From contig JASFQK010000003.1 in the NCBI GenBank assembly GCA_050115495.1, positions 64,001 through 128,000 of the forward strand: a stretch of 64,000 bases of DNA, read 5' to 3'. The translations under genes and the position numbers were made by a program. The notes under the pieces were generated by a model, which was not told the DNA's origin, made no database searches, and saw nothing but the letters and a program-made list of their open reading frames with translations. Of this stretch, positions 19,547-29,447 are shown piece after piece. Numbering within the stretch: the stretch's first letter is position 1; each line of letters opens with the position of its first letter. The stretch is from Phycisphaerae bacterium. Its GTDB lineage: Bacteria; Planctomycetota; Phycisphaerae; UBA1845; Fen-1342.

Positions 19547-21850
19547 GTGAATACCGGTGACGCGCAGACCGAATCCTCGCGACAGCTCTGGCTCGTGCCG
19601 GACGAGGGCCGCACGCATCGCGGGCCCGTTGCCGACGTGGCCCTTCGGTTTCGCGCCCCACATCCATATTCCTACGCCGTCCCCGACGACCTCGCCCCGC
19701 GCGTACGCCCGGGCGTCTGGGTGCGCGTGCCGTACGGGCGGGGCGGCAGGCTCGTCGAAGGAGTCTGCCTGCGCGTGGATGAGCGCGTCTGGACGCAGAC
19801 GCAGAAGCCCATCGCCGAAGTCCTTTCCGCCGAGCCCGTCCTCACGCCCGCCCTCATCGAGCTCGGGCTCTGGATCGGCGAGTACTACGGCTGTCCGCCG
19901 GGGATGACGCTCGCCGCTCTGGTCCCGTCGGCAGCCCGCCAAACCCGCCGCCGCCGAGTCGTGTACCTGCGGGCAACCGGCCAATCGCCCGAGTCCGAAC
20001 TGACCCCCAAGCGCCAGGCGTTATGGGACCTCCTCCGCGAAACGCCCTTGCCGCGTAGCGAAGCCCTCGAACGCGCCGGCGTCGGTGCATCCGTCGCCGA
20101 CGCCCTCTGCGCCATGGGCCTGCTCGAAGTCGTCACCGAGCACGAGGAAGTCCCTCCCGACGTCGCCGCACCGTCCACCGGCCCGCGGCCTCCCTGTCCC
20201 GAAGACGCCTTCACGCTCAACGACGGCCAGCAGGCCGCCCTTGACCGCATCAACCAGGCCACGCAGACCGAAGACCTCTTCCGCGTCCTGCTTCTCTTCG
20301 GCGTGCCCGGCAGCGGCAAGACCGAGGTTTACGTGCGGGCCATCCGCGAGGTCATCGCTCGCGGCCGGCAGGCCATCCTGCTCGTCCCCGAAATCGCCCT
20401 GGCCACGCAGATCATCCAGCGCCTCGCCCGCCGATTCGACCGCGTCGCGATCTTGCACGGATGGCTGTCGACCAGCGACCGGCGCGCGACGTGGCACGCT
20501 ATCGCCGCCGGCGGCGTCGACGTTGTCATCGGCACACGCAGTGCGGTGTTTGCGCCCTGCCCGAATTTGGGTTTGATCGTCGTCGATGAAGAGCAGGACA
20601 GCAGCTACAAGAATCTCGCCGCCCCGTACTACCACGCCCGCGACGCCGCCATCAAACGCGCCCAGAACGTCCGCGTCGTCTGCGTCCTCGGATCGGCGAC
20701 ACCTTCGCTGGAGACCTGGCACAGCGCCCAGACGCTGGGGCACTTCGAGTTGCTGCGGCTGCCGGGCCGTGTCGCCGGCGCCCGTCTGCCGGACGTTCGA
20801 CTGGTCGAAATGGGCCGCCGTGAACTCGGCCAAACCACGACGATCCTCTCGCCGGAGTTGCAGCAACATCTCGTGGAAACCCTCGCCGCCGGCGAGCAGG
20901 CCATCCTGCTGCACAACCGCCGCGGCTACGCCCTGCACCTGCGCTGCACCGCGTGTGGGCTGATTATCGCCTGCCCGCGCTGCCGGGCGCATCTCGTCTT
21001 TCATCACGCCGACAACACCATGCGCTGTCACCGCTGCGGGGTGCGCGAGCCGGTGCCGCCACGGTGTCCGGACTCAACCTGCGGCAGACCGCTTGAGCGG
21101 CGGGGTCTGGCGATCCAGCGGCTGGAGGAGGAGCTGACCCGTCTCGTGCCAGAGGCGCGGCTGCTGCGAGTGGACCGCGACACGATGCGCCGAAGAGGGA
21201 GTTACGAAGAGGCCCTTGCACGCTTCGAGGCTGGCGATGCGGACCTGCTCCTGGGCACACAGATGGTGGCCAAGGGCCTGGATTTCCCGCGCGTCCGTCT
21301 GGTGGGTGTGATCGACGCTGATGCCGCCCCGTGGCTGACGCGGGACTTTCGATCTGCCGAACACGTCTTCCAATTAGTCATGCAAGTCGTCGGTCGCGCC
21401 GGTCGGCACGAAGGTCGGTCATTGGCGGTCGTGCAGAGTGCTGGTGTGCCGGAGATGCGCTCCGCGATCCGCTGGGCGATCCGCATGGACTACGAGCACT
21501 TCGCTGCCGAATTGCTCACCACCCGCCGCCGCTTCCAGTGCCCGCCGTTCACGCGGCTGCTGCGAATTGTGCTGGCCGACGCCCGACCGGGTCGTGTTCG
21601 CGAAGAGGCCTGCCGGTTGGCGACCGAGCTGACCGGCGTGGCGGGTCGGCTGCGTGCTGGCTTGAGTGTCCGCGAGGCCGCCCCCTGTGCCATCGGCCGC
21701 CTGCGGGAGATGGCTCGTTGGGAGATCGTCGTCCAGGGCCCGCGCGACGACAGCATACAGCGCTTCCTGCGCACGGTCCTATCGGAAAAGACCCTCACCG
21801 CCCGCGTCCAGCGCCTCACCGTCGACGTTGACCCCGTCGACATGCTCTAA
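19547..21850 (+). CDS. priA: Primosomal protein N'
   Basis: GVPGSGKTEVY, VDEEQD, GSATPSLE, NRRGY, CxxC repeats, GTQMVAKGLDFP, VDVDP; GTG start after GGAGG. Confidence 0.96.
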   Translation: MNTGDAQTESSRQLWLVPDEGRTHRGPVADVALRFRAPHPYSYAVPDDLAPRVRPGVWVRVPYGRGGRLVEGVCLRVDERVWTQTQKPIAEVLSAEPVLTPALIELGLWIGEYYGCPPGMTLAALVPSAARQTRRRRVVYLRATGQSPESELTPKRQALWDLLRETPLPRSEALERAGVGASVADALCAMGLLEVVTEHEEVPPDVAAPSTGPRPPCPEDAFTLNDGQQAALDRINQATQTEDLFRVLLLFGVPGSGKTEVYVRAIREVIARGRQAILLVPEIALATQIIQRLARRFDRVAILHGWLSTSDRRATWHAIAAGGVDVVIGTRSAVFAPCPNLGLIVVDEEQDSSYKNLAAPYYHARDAAIKRAQNVRVVCVLGSATPSLETWHSAQTLGHFELLRLPGRVAGARLPDVRLVEMGRRELGQTTTILSPELQQHLVETLAAGEQAILLHNRRGYALHLRCTACGLIIACPRCRAHLVFHHADNTMRCHRCGVREPVPPRCPDSTCGRPLERRGLAIQRLEEELTRLVPEARLLRVDRDTMRRRGSYEEALARFEAGDADLLLGTQMVAKGLDFPRVRLVGVIDADAAPWLTRDFRSAEHVFQLVMQVVGRAGRHEGRSLAVVQSAGVPEMRSAIRWAIRMDYEHFAAELLTTRRRFQCPPFTRLLRIVLADARPGRVREEACRLATELTGVAGRLRAGLSVREAAPCAIGRLREMARWEIVVQGPRDDSIQRFLRTVLSEKTLTARVQRLTVDVDPVDML

Positions 21851-21853
21851 GCC

Positions 21854-21933
21854 GAAAAAGGGGACTGGCTCCGAGCCCCACGTTTCATCCGAATTCGACA
21901 ACCGCATAAGGCTCGGTGCCTGTCCCCTTTTTC
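21854..21933. repeat. Family A palindromic element copy 1 (AAAAAGGGGACTGGCTCCGAGCC-N32-GGCTCGGTGCCTGTCCCCTTTTT)
   Basis: Imperfect inverted repeat starting 4 bp after the priA stop; same arms at 22988, 24142 and 61960. Confidence 0.9.
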
Positions 21934-22028
21934 AGCGTGAGTGCCGCGACGAATCGGAGCCGGTAGGACTGGCTCCGCCCGCCGGCGACCTTGCTGGCGA
22001 CTCCCCAAATGATTGCTAGAATGAATTT

Positions 22029-22976
22029 ATGAGCAGTACTGGCATCCTTCTCGACGACCGTTTCAAGCGACACAGCACGGGCCAGGGCCATCCGGAGCGA
22101 CCGGAGCGCCTTACCGCCATCGAGCAGGGTTTATCCGGAGCGGGTCTCCTCGAGAGCTGCACGCGCATCGAGCCGGCTCTCATCCCCGAGGGTCTGCTCC
22201 AGTGCGTCCACACGCACGATTATCTGACCCGTCTCGACGCCGCCTGTCGCCAGGCCTACCCCTACATCGACGTTCCCGACAGCGCCATCGGCCCGGAGAG
22301 CTACGAGATCGCCCGGCTGGCGGCAGGGGGCACGGTGAAGGCCGCCCGTCTCATCGCCGGCGGCGATCTCAAGCGGGCCTTCTGCGCCGTGCGGCCGCCC
22401 GGCCATCACGCCGAGATCGACCGCTCGCTCGGGTTCTGTTTACTGAACAACCCCGCGCTCGCCGCCTCGGTCCTCCGCGACGAGTTCAGCATCGACCGGT
22501 TGCTGGTCCTCGACTGGGACGTCCACCATTGCAACGGCACGCAGAACGTTTTCGCGGCTGATCCGCGCGTGCTGGTCATCAGCGTCCACGGCCACCCTAC
22601 GTATCTCTATCCGGGCACCGGTTACGAGAACGAGGTCGGCGTTGACCGCGGCCGCGGCTACACGATCAACATCCCGATGCTTCCGGGCGCCCGCGATGAG
22701 GATTTCCAGGCCGCCTTCCGCCAGCGGATCGTCCCGGCGGTCGGCCGCTTCGCCCCGCAGTTCGTGTTGCTCTCCGTGGGGTACGACGCCCACGTCGACG
22801 ACCCCATCGGCAACCTCTCGCTCTCCGACGAGATCTTCGGCTGGATGACCGAGGTTGCGCTTGAGCTCGCCGACCGCCACGCCGAGGGCCGTGTCCTCAG
22901 CATCCTGGAAGGGGGGTACAACCTGGACGTGCTCCGCCGGTGTATCGTCGAGCACGTGCGCCTGCTGAACAGCTAA
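22029..22976 (+). CDS. Histone deacetylase family protein
   Basis: HPERPERL, RPPGHHA, GFC, LDWDVHH.NGT, GYDAH..DP, LEGGY. Confidence 0.95.
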   Translation: MSSTGILLDDRFKRHSTGQGHPERPERLTAIEQGLSGAGLLESCTRIEPALIPEGLLQCVHTHDYLTRLDAACRQAYPYIDVPDSAIGPESYEIARLAAGGTVKAARLIAGGDLKRAFCAVRPPGHHAEIDRSLGFCLLNNPALAASVLRDEFSIDRLLVLDWDVHHCNGTQNVFAADPRVLVISVHGHPTYLYPGTGYENEVGVDRGRGYTINIPMLPGARDEDFQAAFRQRIVPAVGRFAPQFVLLSVGYDAHVDDPIGNLSLSDEIFGWMTEVALELADRHAEGRVLSILEGGYNLDVLRRCIVEHVRLLNS

Positions 22977-22987
22977 CGATGGTTGAT

Positions 22988-23060
22988 AAAGGGGACTGGC
23001 TCCGAGCCGTCGGCGTCGTTGGAGCTTAAGGGTCGCCTGAGGCTCGGTGCCTGTCCCCTT
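22988..23060. repeat. Family A palindromic element copy 2
   Basis: Same arms as copy 1 with a different 32-nt spacer. Confidence 0.9.
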
Positions 23061-23083
23061 CTTCGACCCGCACGGAGCGCAAC

Positions 23084-23122
23084 AAAAAAAACGACCCGCT
23101 CTCTCCGACGGAGAGCGGGTCG
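23084..23122 (-). terminator. Rho-independent terminator on the minus strand
   Basis: CGACCCGCTCTC...GAGAGCGGGTCG stem followed by 8 T on the minus strand. Confidence 0.75.
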
Positions 23123-23289
23123 AAACCAAAGCTGGCGGGAAGGGCGAGCCGAACATCATCCCGCCAACCCTCTCCACACAGCGTGGAGAATTTCATCGCA
23201 TCCCTACTAACCACCGGGGTGCCCGGGCTATTCCGGCTCGTCCGAGAAACGTGGTGAAAAAAGAGAGTACTTGTCCGGACCACCAGAAC

Positions 23290-24135
23290 ATGGCACTCGG
23301 CAGAATTTTCGGCACACATGGGCGCAAATGGCGCCAGTTCCGTTACGTCTACCCCGTCATCTCTCGCCGCGCCCGCGGCTTGAGCATCGGCGTGAACATT
23401 AACCCCGACGGCGTCTGCAACTACGACTGCGTCTATTGCCAGGTCGACCGCGCCGCGCTGTCACCCACGGGCCCCGTCGACCTCGCCGTCGTCGAGCAGG
23501 AATTGCGCCACGTCCTCACCGCGCGCGACCAGCTCTTCAACGAGCCCGAGTTCGCCCACGTCCCGCCGAACTACCGCCGGCTGAACGACATCGCCTTCTC
23601 CGGCGACGGCGAACCGACCGCGTCGCCCGTCTTCCCCGAGGCCGCGCGTTTGGCCGCCCGGCTTCGCGAAGAATGCCGAGCCCCCGAGGCGAAAATCGTC
23701 GTCATCACGAACGCCTGCTTCCTCACCCGGCCGGCCGTCGCCGACACGCTCGCCTTCCTCGACGATCACAACGGCGAGATCTGGGCGAAGCTCGACGCCG
23801 GCACCGAGGCGTATCAGCAGCGCATCAACCGCTCGCGCCACACACTGACGCACGTCCTGGAGAACATCCAGACGGTGGCCCGCGCACGCCCGATCGTGAT
23901 TCAGTCGCTCTTCCTCCGCCTCGACGGCGAACCACCCGCACCGACCGAAATCGCTGCGTACGTGGACCACCTGCGCGCTATCGTCGCCGCCGGCGGCAAG
24001 ATCTCGCTCGTCCAGATCTACACCGTCGCCCGCAAGCCCGCAGTTGACACCGTCACCCCACTGACTGCCGATGAGCTCGAAGCCATCGCCACCGACGTCC
24101 GCAACCTCGGCCTGCGCGCTGAGTGCTACGCCTGA
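23290..24135 (+). CDS. Radical SAM protein (COG0731-like)
   Basis: YPVISRR..GLSIGVN, CNYDCVYC, FSGDGEPT, KLDAG; start approximate. Confidence 0.88.
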   Translation: MALGRIFGTHGRKWRQFRYVYPVISRRARGLSIGVNINPDGVCNYDCVYCQVDRAALSPTGPVDLAVVEQELRHVLTARDQLFNEPEFAHVPPNYRRLNDIAFSGDGEPTASPVFPEAARLAARLREECRAPEAKIVVITNACFLTRPAVADTLAFLDDHNGEIWAKLDAGTEAYQQRINRSRHTLTHVLENIQTVARARPIVIQSLFLRLDGEPPAPTEIAAYVDHLRAIVAAGGKISLVQIYTVARKPAVDTVTPLTADELEAIATDVRNLGLRAECYA

Positions 24136-24141
24136 CCGCGC

Positions 24142-24226
24142 GTTGAAAAAGGGGACTGGCTCCGCGCCTGATCCGCCTCTGACGGCGCTGCAGCGCCTTC
24201 CCGCGGTGCCTGTCCCCTTTTTCAAC
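24142..24226. repeat. Family A palindromic element copy 3
   Basis: GTTGAAAAAGGGGACTGGCTCCGCG...CGCGGTGCCTGTCCCCTTTTTCAAC, with a compensatory substitution in the arms. Confidence 0.9.
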
Positions 24227-24277
24227 CGCCCGCCCGCCACCTTGTCACCCCGAGGCCCTCGCGTCACACTGCCCGCG

Positions 24278-25876
24278 ATGCGCACATTGGCGGGGATCGT
24301 GTTCGGCGTATTCCTGGCGCTCGCCGCCGGGCTGGTCGCATTGTGTTTCGTCTGCCCGCTCGCAACGGTCTTGCGCGAGATCGTGACCGCGTCGGACTGG
24401 TCGGAGGCGGCACTCGGTCCACGACGCTGGGGCCTCGTGCTGCGTGGGATCATCATCGCCGGCGGCGCGGGCCTGCTGGCGCAGATCCTCGGCGCGGGCT
24501 TGGCCGCCGGTCTGACGGTCGAGCGGCGCACGCGAACGGGCGGCCTGACCGTCTGGGCCTGCCTGCTCATTCTGCTCACACCACCCTATATCTACGCCTA
24601 CGCCTGGAGCCTCGTCGTCCTACCCGGCGGTGTGGTGACCGGCGCCGCCGGCGGAACACGCTGGCCCGCCATTCTCGCCCACGAAGGCCGAGCCATCTGG
24701 TGCCTGGGCACGTGGACCGCACCCGTGGCGGCGGCCGTGCTCGCCACCGGCTGGCGCCTGGCCGGACGGGCCGCGTATCGGCTGGCCTTGCTCGACGCCA
24801 CGCCCACCCGCGCTTGGTGGCACGCGGCTCGCTCGCCGATGCTCTCCTGGCTCGCCATCAGCCTCGTCGTCACCAGCCTGCTCTCCATCACCGAGCACAC
24901 CGTCTGCGACCTCTGCCAGGCCCCGACCTGGAACACCGAGATCCTCGCCTGCATCCAGAACCAGGTCCCTGGCGAGGGCACGCCTGCCGGTCTCTTCGCC
25001 TGGCCATTGCTCGTTCTGGTGGCGGCGTTGACGCTCGCCCTCTGGCCGTTGCGCGGCGTGCTGGGACGGCTCGGCTCGGCGTTGGCCGACTGGCGCGGCG
25101 TCGCCGAAGCGACGGGCGAGGACGGCCGCCGATGGAGCGGCCGTGCGTGGATCTGGTGGGCCGCAACGCTCGTCATTCTGCTGCTGCCTTGGGCACTTCT
25201 CGTGACCGGCTTGCGTGACGCAGGCGCGCTCCGCCGCGCGTGGACGAGCTTTCCGCGCGAATGGCCCGACGGCCTGCTCTGTGCGGCGGGAGCAGCCGTG
25301 GTTGGCCTGTGGCTCGCGATCGGCGTCGATTTCGTGATGGCAGCCGGACCACGCCGCCTCGGTCACCTCGTTGGCGGCGTCGTGCTGGCCCTCGCGGCGA
25401 TCGTCGCCGTCATGCCCCCGTCACTCGTCGGCGACGCCTTCGCCGCCGCGTACCTGCACTGGCCGTGGCTCAGCGATCACTGGCCGGTGGTGAGCATCGT
25501 GACGGCCGCGCGTTTCGCGCTGCTGGCGATCATCGGCCTGCGACTCGCCGGTCGCCGAGCCGGGCGCGAGCTCACCGGCATGGCCGCCACCGACGGCGCC
25601 GGCCCGCTCACCAGCTACCTGCGCGTCCGCCTGCCGCAGAGCTGGTCCATGCTGGTTACTTGCGGGTTGATCGTCGGCGTGCTCTCGCTCACCGAGGTGC
25701 CGGCCTCGCAACTCGTGCGACCCGCCGGCGTCGAGAGCGTCGCCGTCACCGTCTTCAACGAAATCCACAACGGCCGCAACGACGAGATCATCGCCATGTC
25801 GCTGTACATGATGGTGGGTGTGGCGGTAGTGGTGACGGTCGTGCCGTGGGTGGGCCGCTTACGGCGGCAACGGTAG
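24278..25876 (+). CDS. ABC transporter permease-like protein (FbpB/ThiP-like, duplicated)
   Basis: Two permease halves: LTPPYIYAYAW...ALLDA and MPPSLVG...AATDGAG...SLTEVPASQLVRPAG. Confidence 0.75.
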   Translation: MRTLAGIVFGVFLALAAGLVALCFVCPLATVLREIVTASDWSEAALGPRRWGLVLRGIIIAGGAGLLAQILGAGLAAGLTVERRTRTGGLTVWACLLILLTPPYIYAYAWSLVVLPGGVVTGAAGGTRWPAILAHEGRAIWCLGTWTAPVAAAVLATGWRLAGRAAYRLALLDATPTRAWWHAARSPMLSWLAISLVVTSLLSITEHTVCDLCQAPTWNTEILACIQNQVPGEGTPAGLFAWPLLVLVAALTLALWPLRGVLGRLGSALADWRGVAEATGEDGRRWSGRAWIWWAATLVILLLPWALLVTGLRDAGALRRAWTSFPREWPDGLLCAAGAAVVGLWLAIGVDFVMAAGPRRLGHLVGGVVLALAAIVAVMPPSLVGDAFAAAYLHWPWLSDHWPVVSIVTAARFALLAIIGLRLAGRRAGRELTGMAATDGAGPLTSYLRVRLPQSWSMLVTCGLIVGVLSLTEVPASQLVRPAGVESVAVTVFNEIHNGRNDEIIAMSLYMMVGVAVVVTVVPWVGRLRRQR

Positions 25877-25882
25877 GGGAGC

Positions 25883-27520
25883 TTACGCCTTCGGAAGCTG
25901 AATGGCCAGCAGCGTCAGGTCGTCCGCGTTCTTCTGGCCGCTCAGATGGTCGCGCACCATGCCCAGCGTCGTTTGCAGCACGCTGTTGGTCGTCGGGTCA
26001 TGCATCGCGGCCATCGCCTGCGACACCGGATCGATGCCGAGCATGTTGCCGCGCGGCCCTTCCGCTTCGTCCAGTCCGTCCGTGTAGAAGAGCACCGCGC
26101 CGGCATGCTCGGCCGGCTTGACGCGCTGCACGACGAACTGCTCGTCCGGCTCAATACCCAGCGGCAGCGAATTCTCATCGGGTGGCGGTCGCCGCTCGCC
26201 GGATCCGACCAGCACCGGTAGCGGGTGGCCGGCGCTAATGAACTCGATCATCCCCGTCGCCGGATCGACATGCCCCACGACGGCGGTAACAAACACGCCC
26301 GGCCCGGTATTGGCGTGCACGAGCCGGTTCAGCCGCTGTGCCAGGGCCGGCAGGGGGGCACCGGCGGTCAGCGCCACGCGCACCGCCGCCTGGAAATTCG
26401 CCATCAGCAGCGCCGCGGCCAGACCGTGACCCGTCACGTCGGCGATGGCGAACGCCACGCGCCCGTTATCCAGCTCGAAGTAGTCGAAGCAGTCGCCGCC
26501 CACCGCGAACGACGGCTCGTTGAAACCGTCGATTACCACCGGCCCCACTTCCAGCGGCGCCGCCGGCAGCAAATCCCGTTGAATGCGCCGGGCCGCCTCG
26601 ATCTCGGCGTACACCTTCTGTGACCGCACGTACTCGTGGAACAGCCGCAGGTTGGCCAGGCCGATGCCCACCTGCTGGGCGATGGCGGCCAGGAAGTCGA
26701 CGTCGGCCGTCGTGTACGTGGCTGCTCCCGTGATCCGGTCGCCATAGATGACGCCGAGAATCTCCTCGCGGTTGAGGATGGGCACGCACAGCGCCGAGCA
26801 GATCGGGAAGCGCACCAGGCTGTCACTGAGGTTGCCCATCAGGTCGGTGGCTGGATTGTTGACCACGGCCCGCTCGCCCTGGAGCAGGGCGCGGTTGATG
26901 AGTGTGCGGCTGACCTTGTACGCCCCGGTCTCATCACGCTCGACGTTGCGCGTCACCGGCAGCTCAGCGTCGCCGCGTGGCGTCTTCAGCACGATCAGTC
27001 CGCGCTCGAATTGCAGCGCCTCGCAGCACGCATCCACCGCCTGTTCGAGTAGTTGCTTGCGATCGAACGCCCCGCCGATCCGTTCCGCCAGGCTCATCAG
27101 CAGCGCCAACCGCTGCCGATTGAGGTCCAGTCCCTTGCTCGACGGATAGAACCGCGTGGTCCCCGCTTGCGTCGGCGAATCCGGCACAAAGACGACCGCG
27201 TCCTCCTCGACCGGTATCGGCGGCGGCGCGTCGAGAATCTGGATGTCGTGCTCGCCGATGCGGATGCGTTGCCGGGCCGGCCGCGTCGCCCCGTGAAACA
27301 GCTCACCGTCGTCGACGCGCGTGCCGTTCTTCGAGTGCGTGTCCGCCACGAGCACCTGCCCGCGCTCGTCGAGCCAGACCTGGGCGTGCTCGCGCGACAC
27401 CTCGCCGTCATTGCGCAGCACGACGTCGCACGTCTCCGCCCGGCCGATCGTCACCGGCCGCGTGGACAGCGCGAACGTACGAGCGGTCCCGTCGCGCAGG
27501 CGAACGCGCATGGAGGGCAT
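25883..27520 (-). CDS. FHA-GAF-PP2C (SpoIIE-like) phosphatase
   Basis: FHA (IGR, VSREHA, SKNGT); GAF (SALCVPI, GVIYGD); PP2C (VGGD, ADVTGHG, SAGH, YTDG, DDLT). Confidence 0.92.
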   Translation of the reverse strand: MPSMRVRLRDGTARTFALSTRPVTIGRAETCDVVLRNDGEVSREHAQVWLDERGQVLVADTHSKNGTRVDDGELFHGATRPARQRIRIGEHDIQILDAPPPIPVEEDAVVFVPDSPTQAGTTRFYPSSKGLDLNRQRLALLMSLAERIGGAFDRKQLLEQAVDACCEALQFERGLIVLKTPRGDAELPVTRNVERDETGAYKVSRTLINRALLQGERAVVNNPATDLMGNLSDSLVRFPICSALCVPILNREEILGVIYGDRITGAATYTTADVDFLAAIAQQVGIGLANLRLFHEYVRSQKVYAEIEAARRIQRDLLPAAPLEVGPVVIDGFNEPSFAVGGDCFDYFELDNGRVAFAIADVTGHGLAAALLMANFQAAVRVALTAGAPLPALAQRLNRLVHANTGPGVFVTAVVGHVDPATGMIEFISAGHPLPVLVGSGERRPPPDENSLPLGIEPDEQFVVQRVKPAEHAGAVLFYTDGLDEAEGPRGNMLGIDPVSQAMAAMHDPTTNSVLQTTLGMVRDHLSGQKNADDLTLLAIQLPKA

Positions 27521-27775
27521 AGGCACCATCCGCAACACAGGCCGGCCGCGCCGCCACCCGGCCTTTCCGCCGGCCGCAGCACCGCGCAGCCCAACCAGGT
27601 ACACGTTCGGGTCACGCCGCCGGCGGCCCGTGGTGTACCCAAACACCGCTTCTCAGTATAGACGACGCCGGGAAGCGCGGGTAGCGACGGGGGAGGTGGG
27701 GCCGCGGGCGCAGAAAAAATCGGCGGCGACGTCCATGCCACCGCCGGGGCATCGTGGGTCCGGGCGCTCGGCGGC

Positions 27776-29176
27776 TCAAGCCGAGGTTCGGGCGGCCTGC
27801 ATGATCTCGTGCTCGAGGGTCTGGAGCACGTCCTGCAGGGGCACCTCGCGCAACCCGGACGATGCCGACCAACTGACCGCGCCGTTCTGTTCCAGGATAT
27901 GCTCCATTCGCCGCACGGCCATCAGCACGGTGGAGTGGTTCTTCTTGCCCAGCGTGCGGCCGATCTCCGGGAAACTCATCTGTGTGTGGTTGCGGAGCAA
28001 GTACATCGTCACCGCTCGCGCCAGGCTCGTCGTGCGGTCGCGCAGCTTCGAGTGCACGGCTTCGCGCGACACGCCGAAGTAGTTCGCCACCACACGCTCG
28101 ATATCTTCTGCCTCGGGCGCCGCGTGCGTGTCCACGTAATCGTCGACCGCCATGCGCGCCAGCGCCAGCCCGAACGGCTCCCGCGTCAGCGAGGCCAGGG
28201 CGACAAGCTTGTACAGTGCGCCTTCGAGCGCCCGCACGTTCCGCGTCACCCGCCGCGCCACGAAGTCGAGCACCTCGTCTGGCAACGTCACCTGCATCAG
28301 CGCCGCCCGCCGTCGCAGAATCTCACGCCGCATGCTGAAATCAGGAGCCGTGATCTCGACGACCATGCCGGCGATCAGCCGATTCGTCAGCGGCTCGGCC
28401 AGCGTCGTGATGCTGCGCGGATGCCGGTCCGACGACAGCACGATCGCCTTGCCGGCCGCCTCGATTGCGTTGAACGTGTGCAGGAATTCCTCCTGCGTGG
28501 CTCGCTTGTTCGCCAGGAAGTGGATGTCGTCGATAACGAGCACGTCCACCTTGCGGAAGCGAGCGCGGAACAGGTCCACGCGCCCCGACTTCACCGCCGA
28601 TACGAACGCGTTCGTGAACTCCTCGCCCGAGATGTACCGCCAGTGCAGCGCCGGATGCGCCCGCCGCACACCGTTGCAGATCCCTTGCAGAATATGCGTC
28701 TTGCCCAGACCGCAGCCGCCGTGCAGCACCAGCAGACGCAGCGTCTCGCCCGGATGCTCGATGAGCGTGCGGGCCGCGCTGTACGCCAACTGGTTCGCCG
28801 GACCGACCACCAGCGTGTCCAGGTCGCCGCGCAGCGTCACCGCCGCGGGCGCTGCGTCGCGCTGCGGCGAAACCGGCTGCGGGCGCGGCACCTCGACGGG
28901 CGCCACGGCCGGCGCATTGCGCGGCGGCGTAACCACCTGCACCGCGACGCGCGGCTCGGAACCAAGGACGGCGCGCGTGGCTTCGACCAGGTGTTCCATG
29001 AAGTTCGCCGTGATCCAACTGCTCACAAACGGGCTGCTGACGTGGACCCCGAGTTGATTCCCCTCGAGGGTGAAGCGCGTCGAGTCCCCGAACCACGTGC
29101 GGAACCGGTTCTGGCCGATCCGATCAGCGATCCGCTCCCGAATATGACAGACCTTCTCCGTCGCCGTTGCTTCCAC
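27776..29176 (-). CDS. dnaA: Chromosomal replication initiator DnaA
   Basis: GGCGLGKTHIL, IDDIHFL, QEEFLHTFN, NVRALEGAL, SFPEIG..LG.KNHSTV; GTG start with GAGGTG RBS. Confidence 0.95.
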   Translation of the reverse strand: MEATATEKVCHIRERIADRIGQNRFRTWFGDSTRFTLEGNQLGVHVSSPFVSSWITANFMEHLVEATRAVLGSEPRVAVQVVTPPRNAPAVAPVEVPRPQPVSPQRDAAPAAVTLRGDLDTLVVGPANQLAYSAARTLIEHPGETLRLLVLHGGCGLGKTHILQGICNGVRRAHPALHWRYISGEEFTNAFVSAVKSGRVDLFRARFRKVDVLVIDDIHFLANKRATQEEFLHTFNAIEAAGKAIVLSSDRHPRSITTLAEPLTNRLIAGMVVEITAPDFSMRREILRRRAALMQVTLPDEVLDFVARRVTRNVRALEGALYKLVALASLTREPFGLALARMAVDDYVDTHAAPEAEDIERVVANYFGVSREAVHSKLRDRTTSLARAVTMYLLRNHTQMSFPEIGRTLGKKNHSTVLMAVRRMEHILEQNGAVSWSASSGLREVPLQDVLQTLEHEIMQAARTSA

Positions 29177-29283
29177 CGTTCACCTCGCTGGCAGATGGCG
29201 CGGCGTTTGCCGATCAATCTTTGCAGCTATAGAAGGTTGTGACGCCGATACTCCGTCGCCTTCGCGTTCATTTGCGAAGGGCG

Positions 29284-29312
29284 ATGATAACACTGCGTCG
29301 GACGACTGGCAA
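29284..29312 (-). promoter_or_regulatory. Putative dnaA promoter TTGCCA-N17-TATCAT with extended -10 TG
   Basis: On the minus strand: TTGCCA (29312-29307), 17 nt ending in TGT, TATCAT (29289-29284). Confidence 0.7.
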
Positions 29313-29399
29313 CGAGCATTGAGCCGAAAAACAGTGACAGAATCGTAACCCACGCGTTACCAACCGTTGATGAACCAAAAAAGTTCACGCATCAACGGG

Positions 29400-29408
29400 T
29401 TATCCACA
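29400..29408 (+). promoter_or_regulatory. DnaA box
   Basis: Perfect TTATCCACA upstream of dnaA. Confidence 0.8.
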
Positions 29409-29447
29409 ACCTATGCTCAACCTGTCCGCAGGGACCCCCGCAGCGCT

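Noticed and set aside
22983..23210. Peptides containing KGTGSEP...RLGACPL
   Set aside because: These are translations of the family A repeat; the reading frame between the arms is not preserved in all copies.
21854..24226. CRISPR array (repeat with ~32-nt spacers)
   Set aside because: The arms are inverted rather than direct, the units are separated by whole genes, and no cas genes are present.
29177..29447. oriC
   Set aside because: Only one clear DnaA box, no obvious unwinding element and no dnaN; it cannot be supported from this window.
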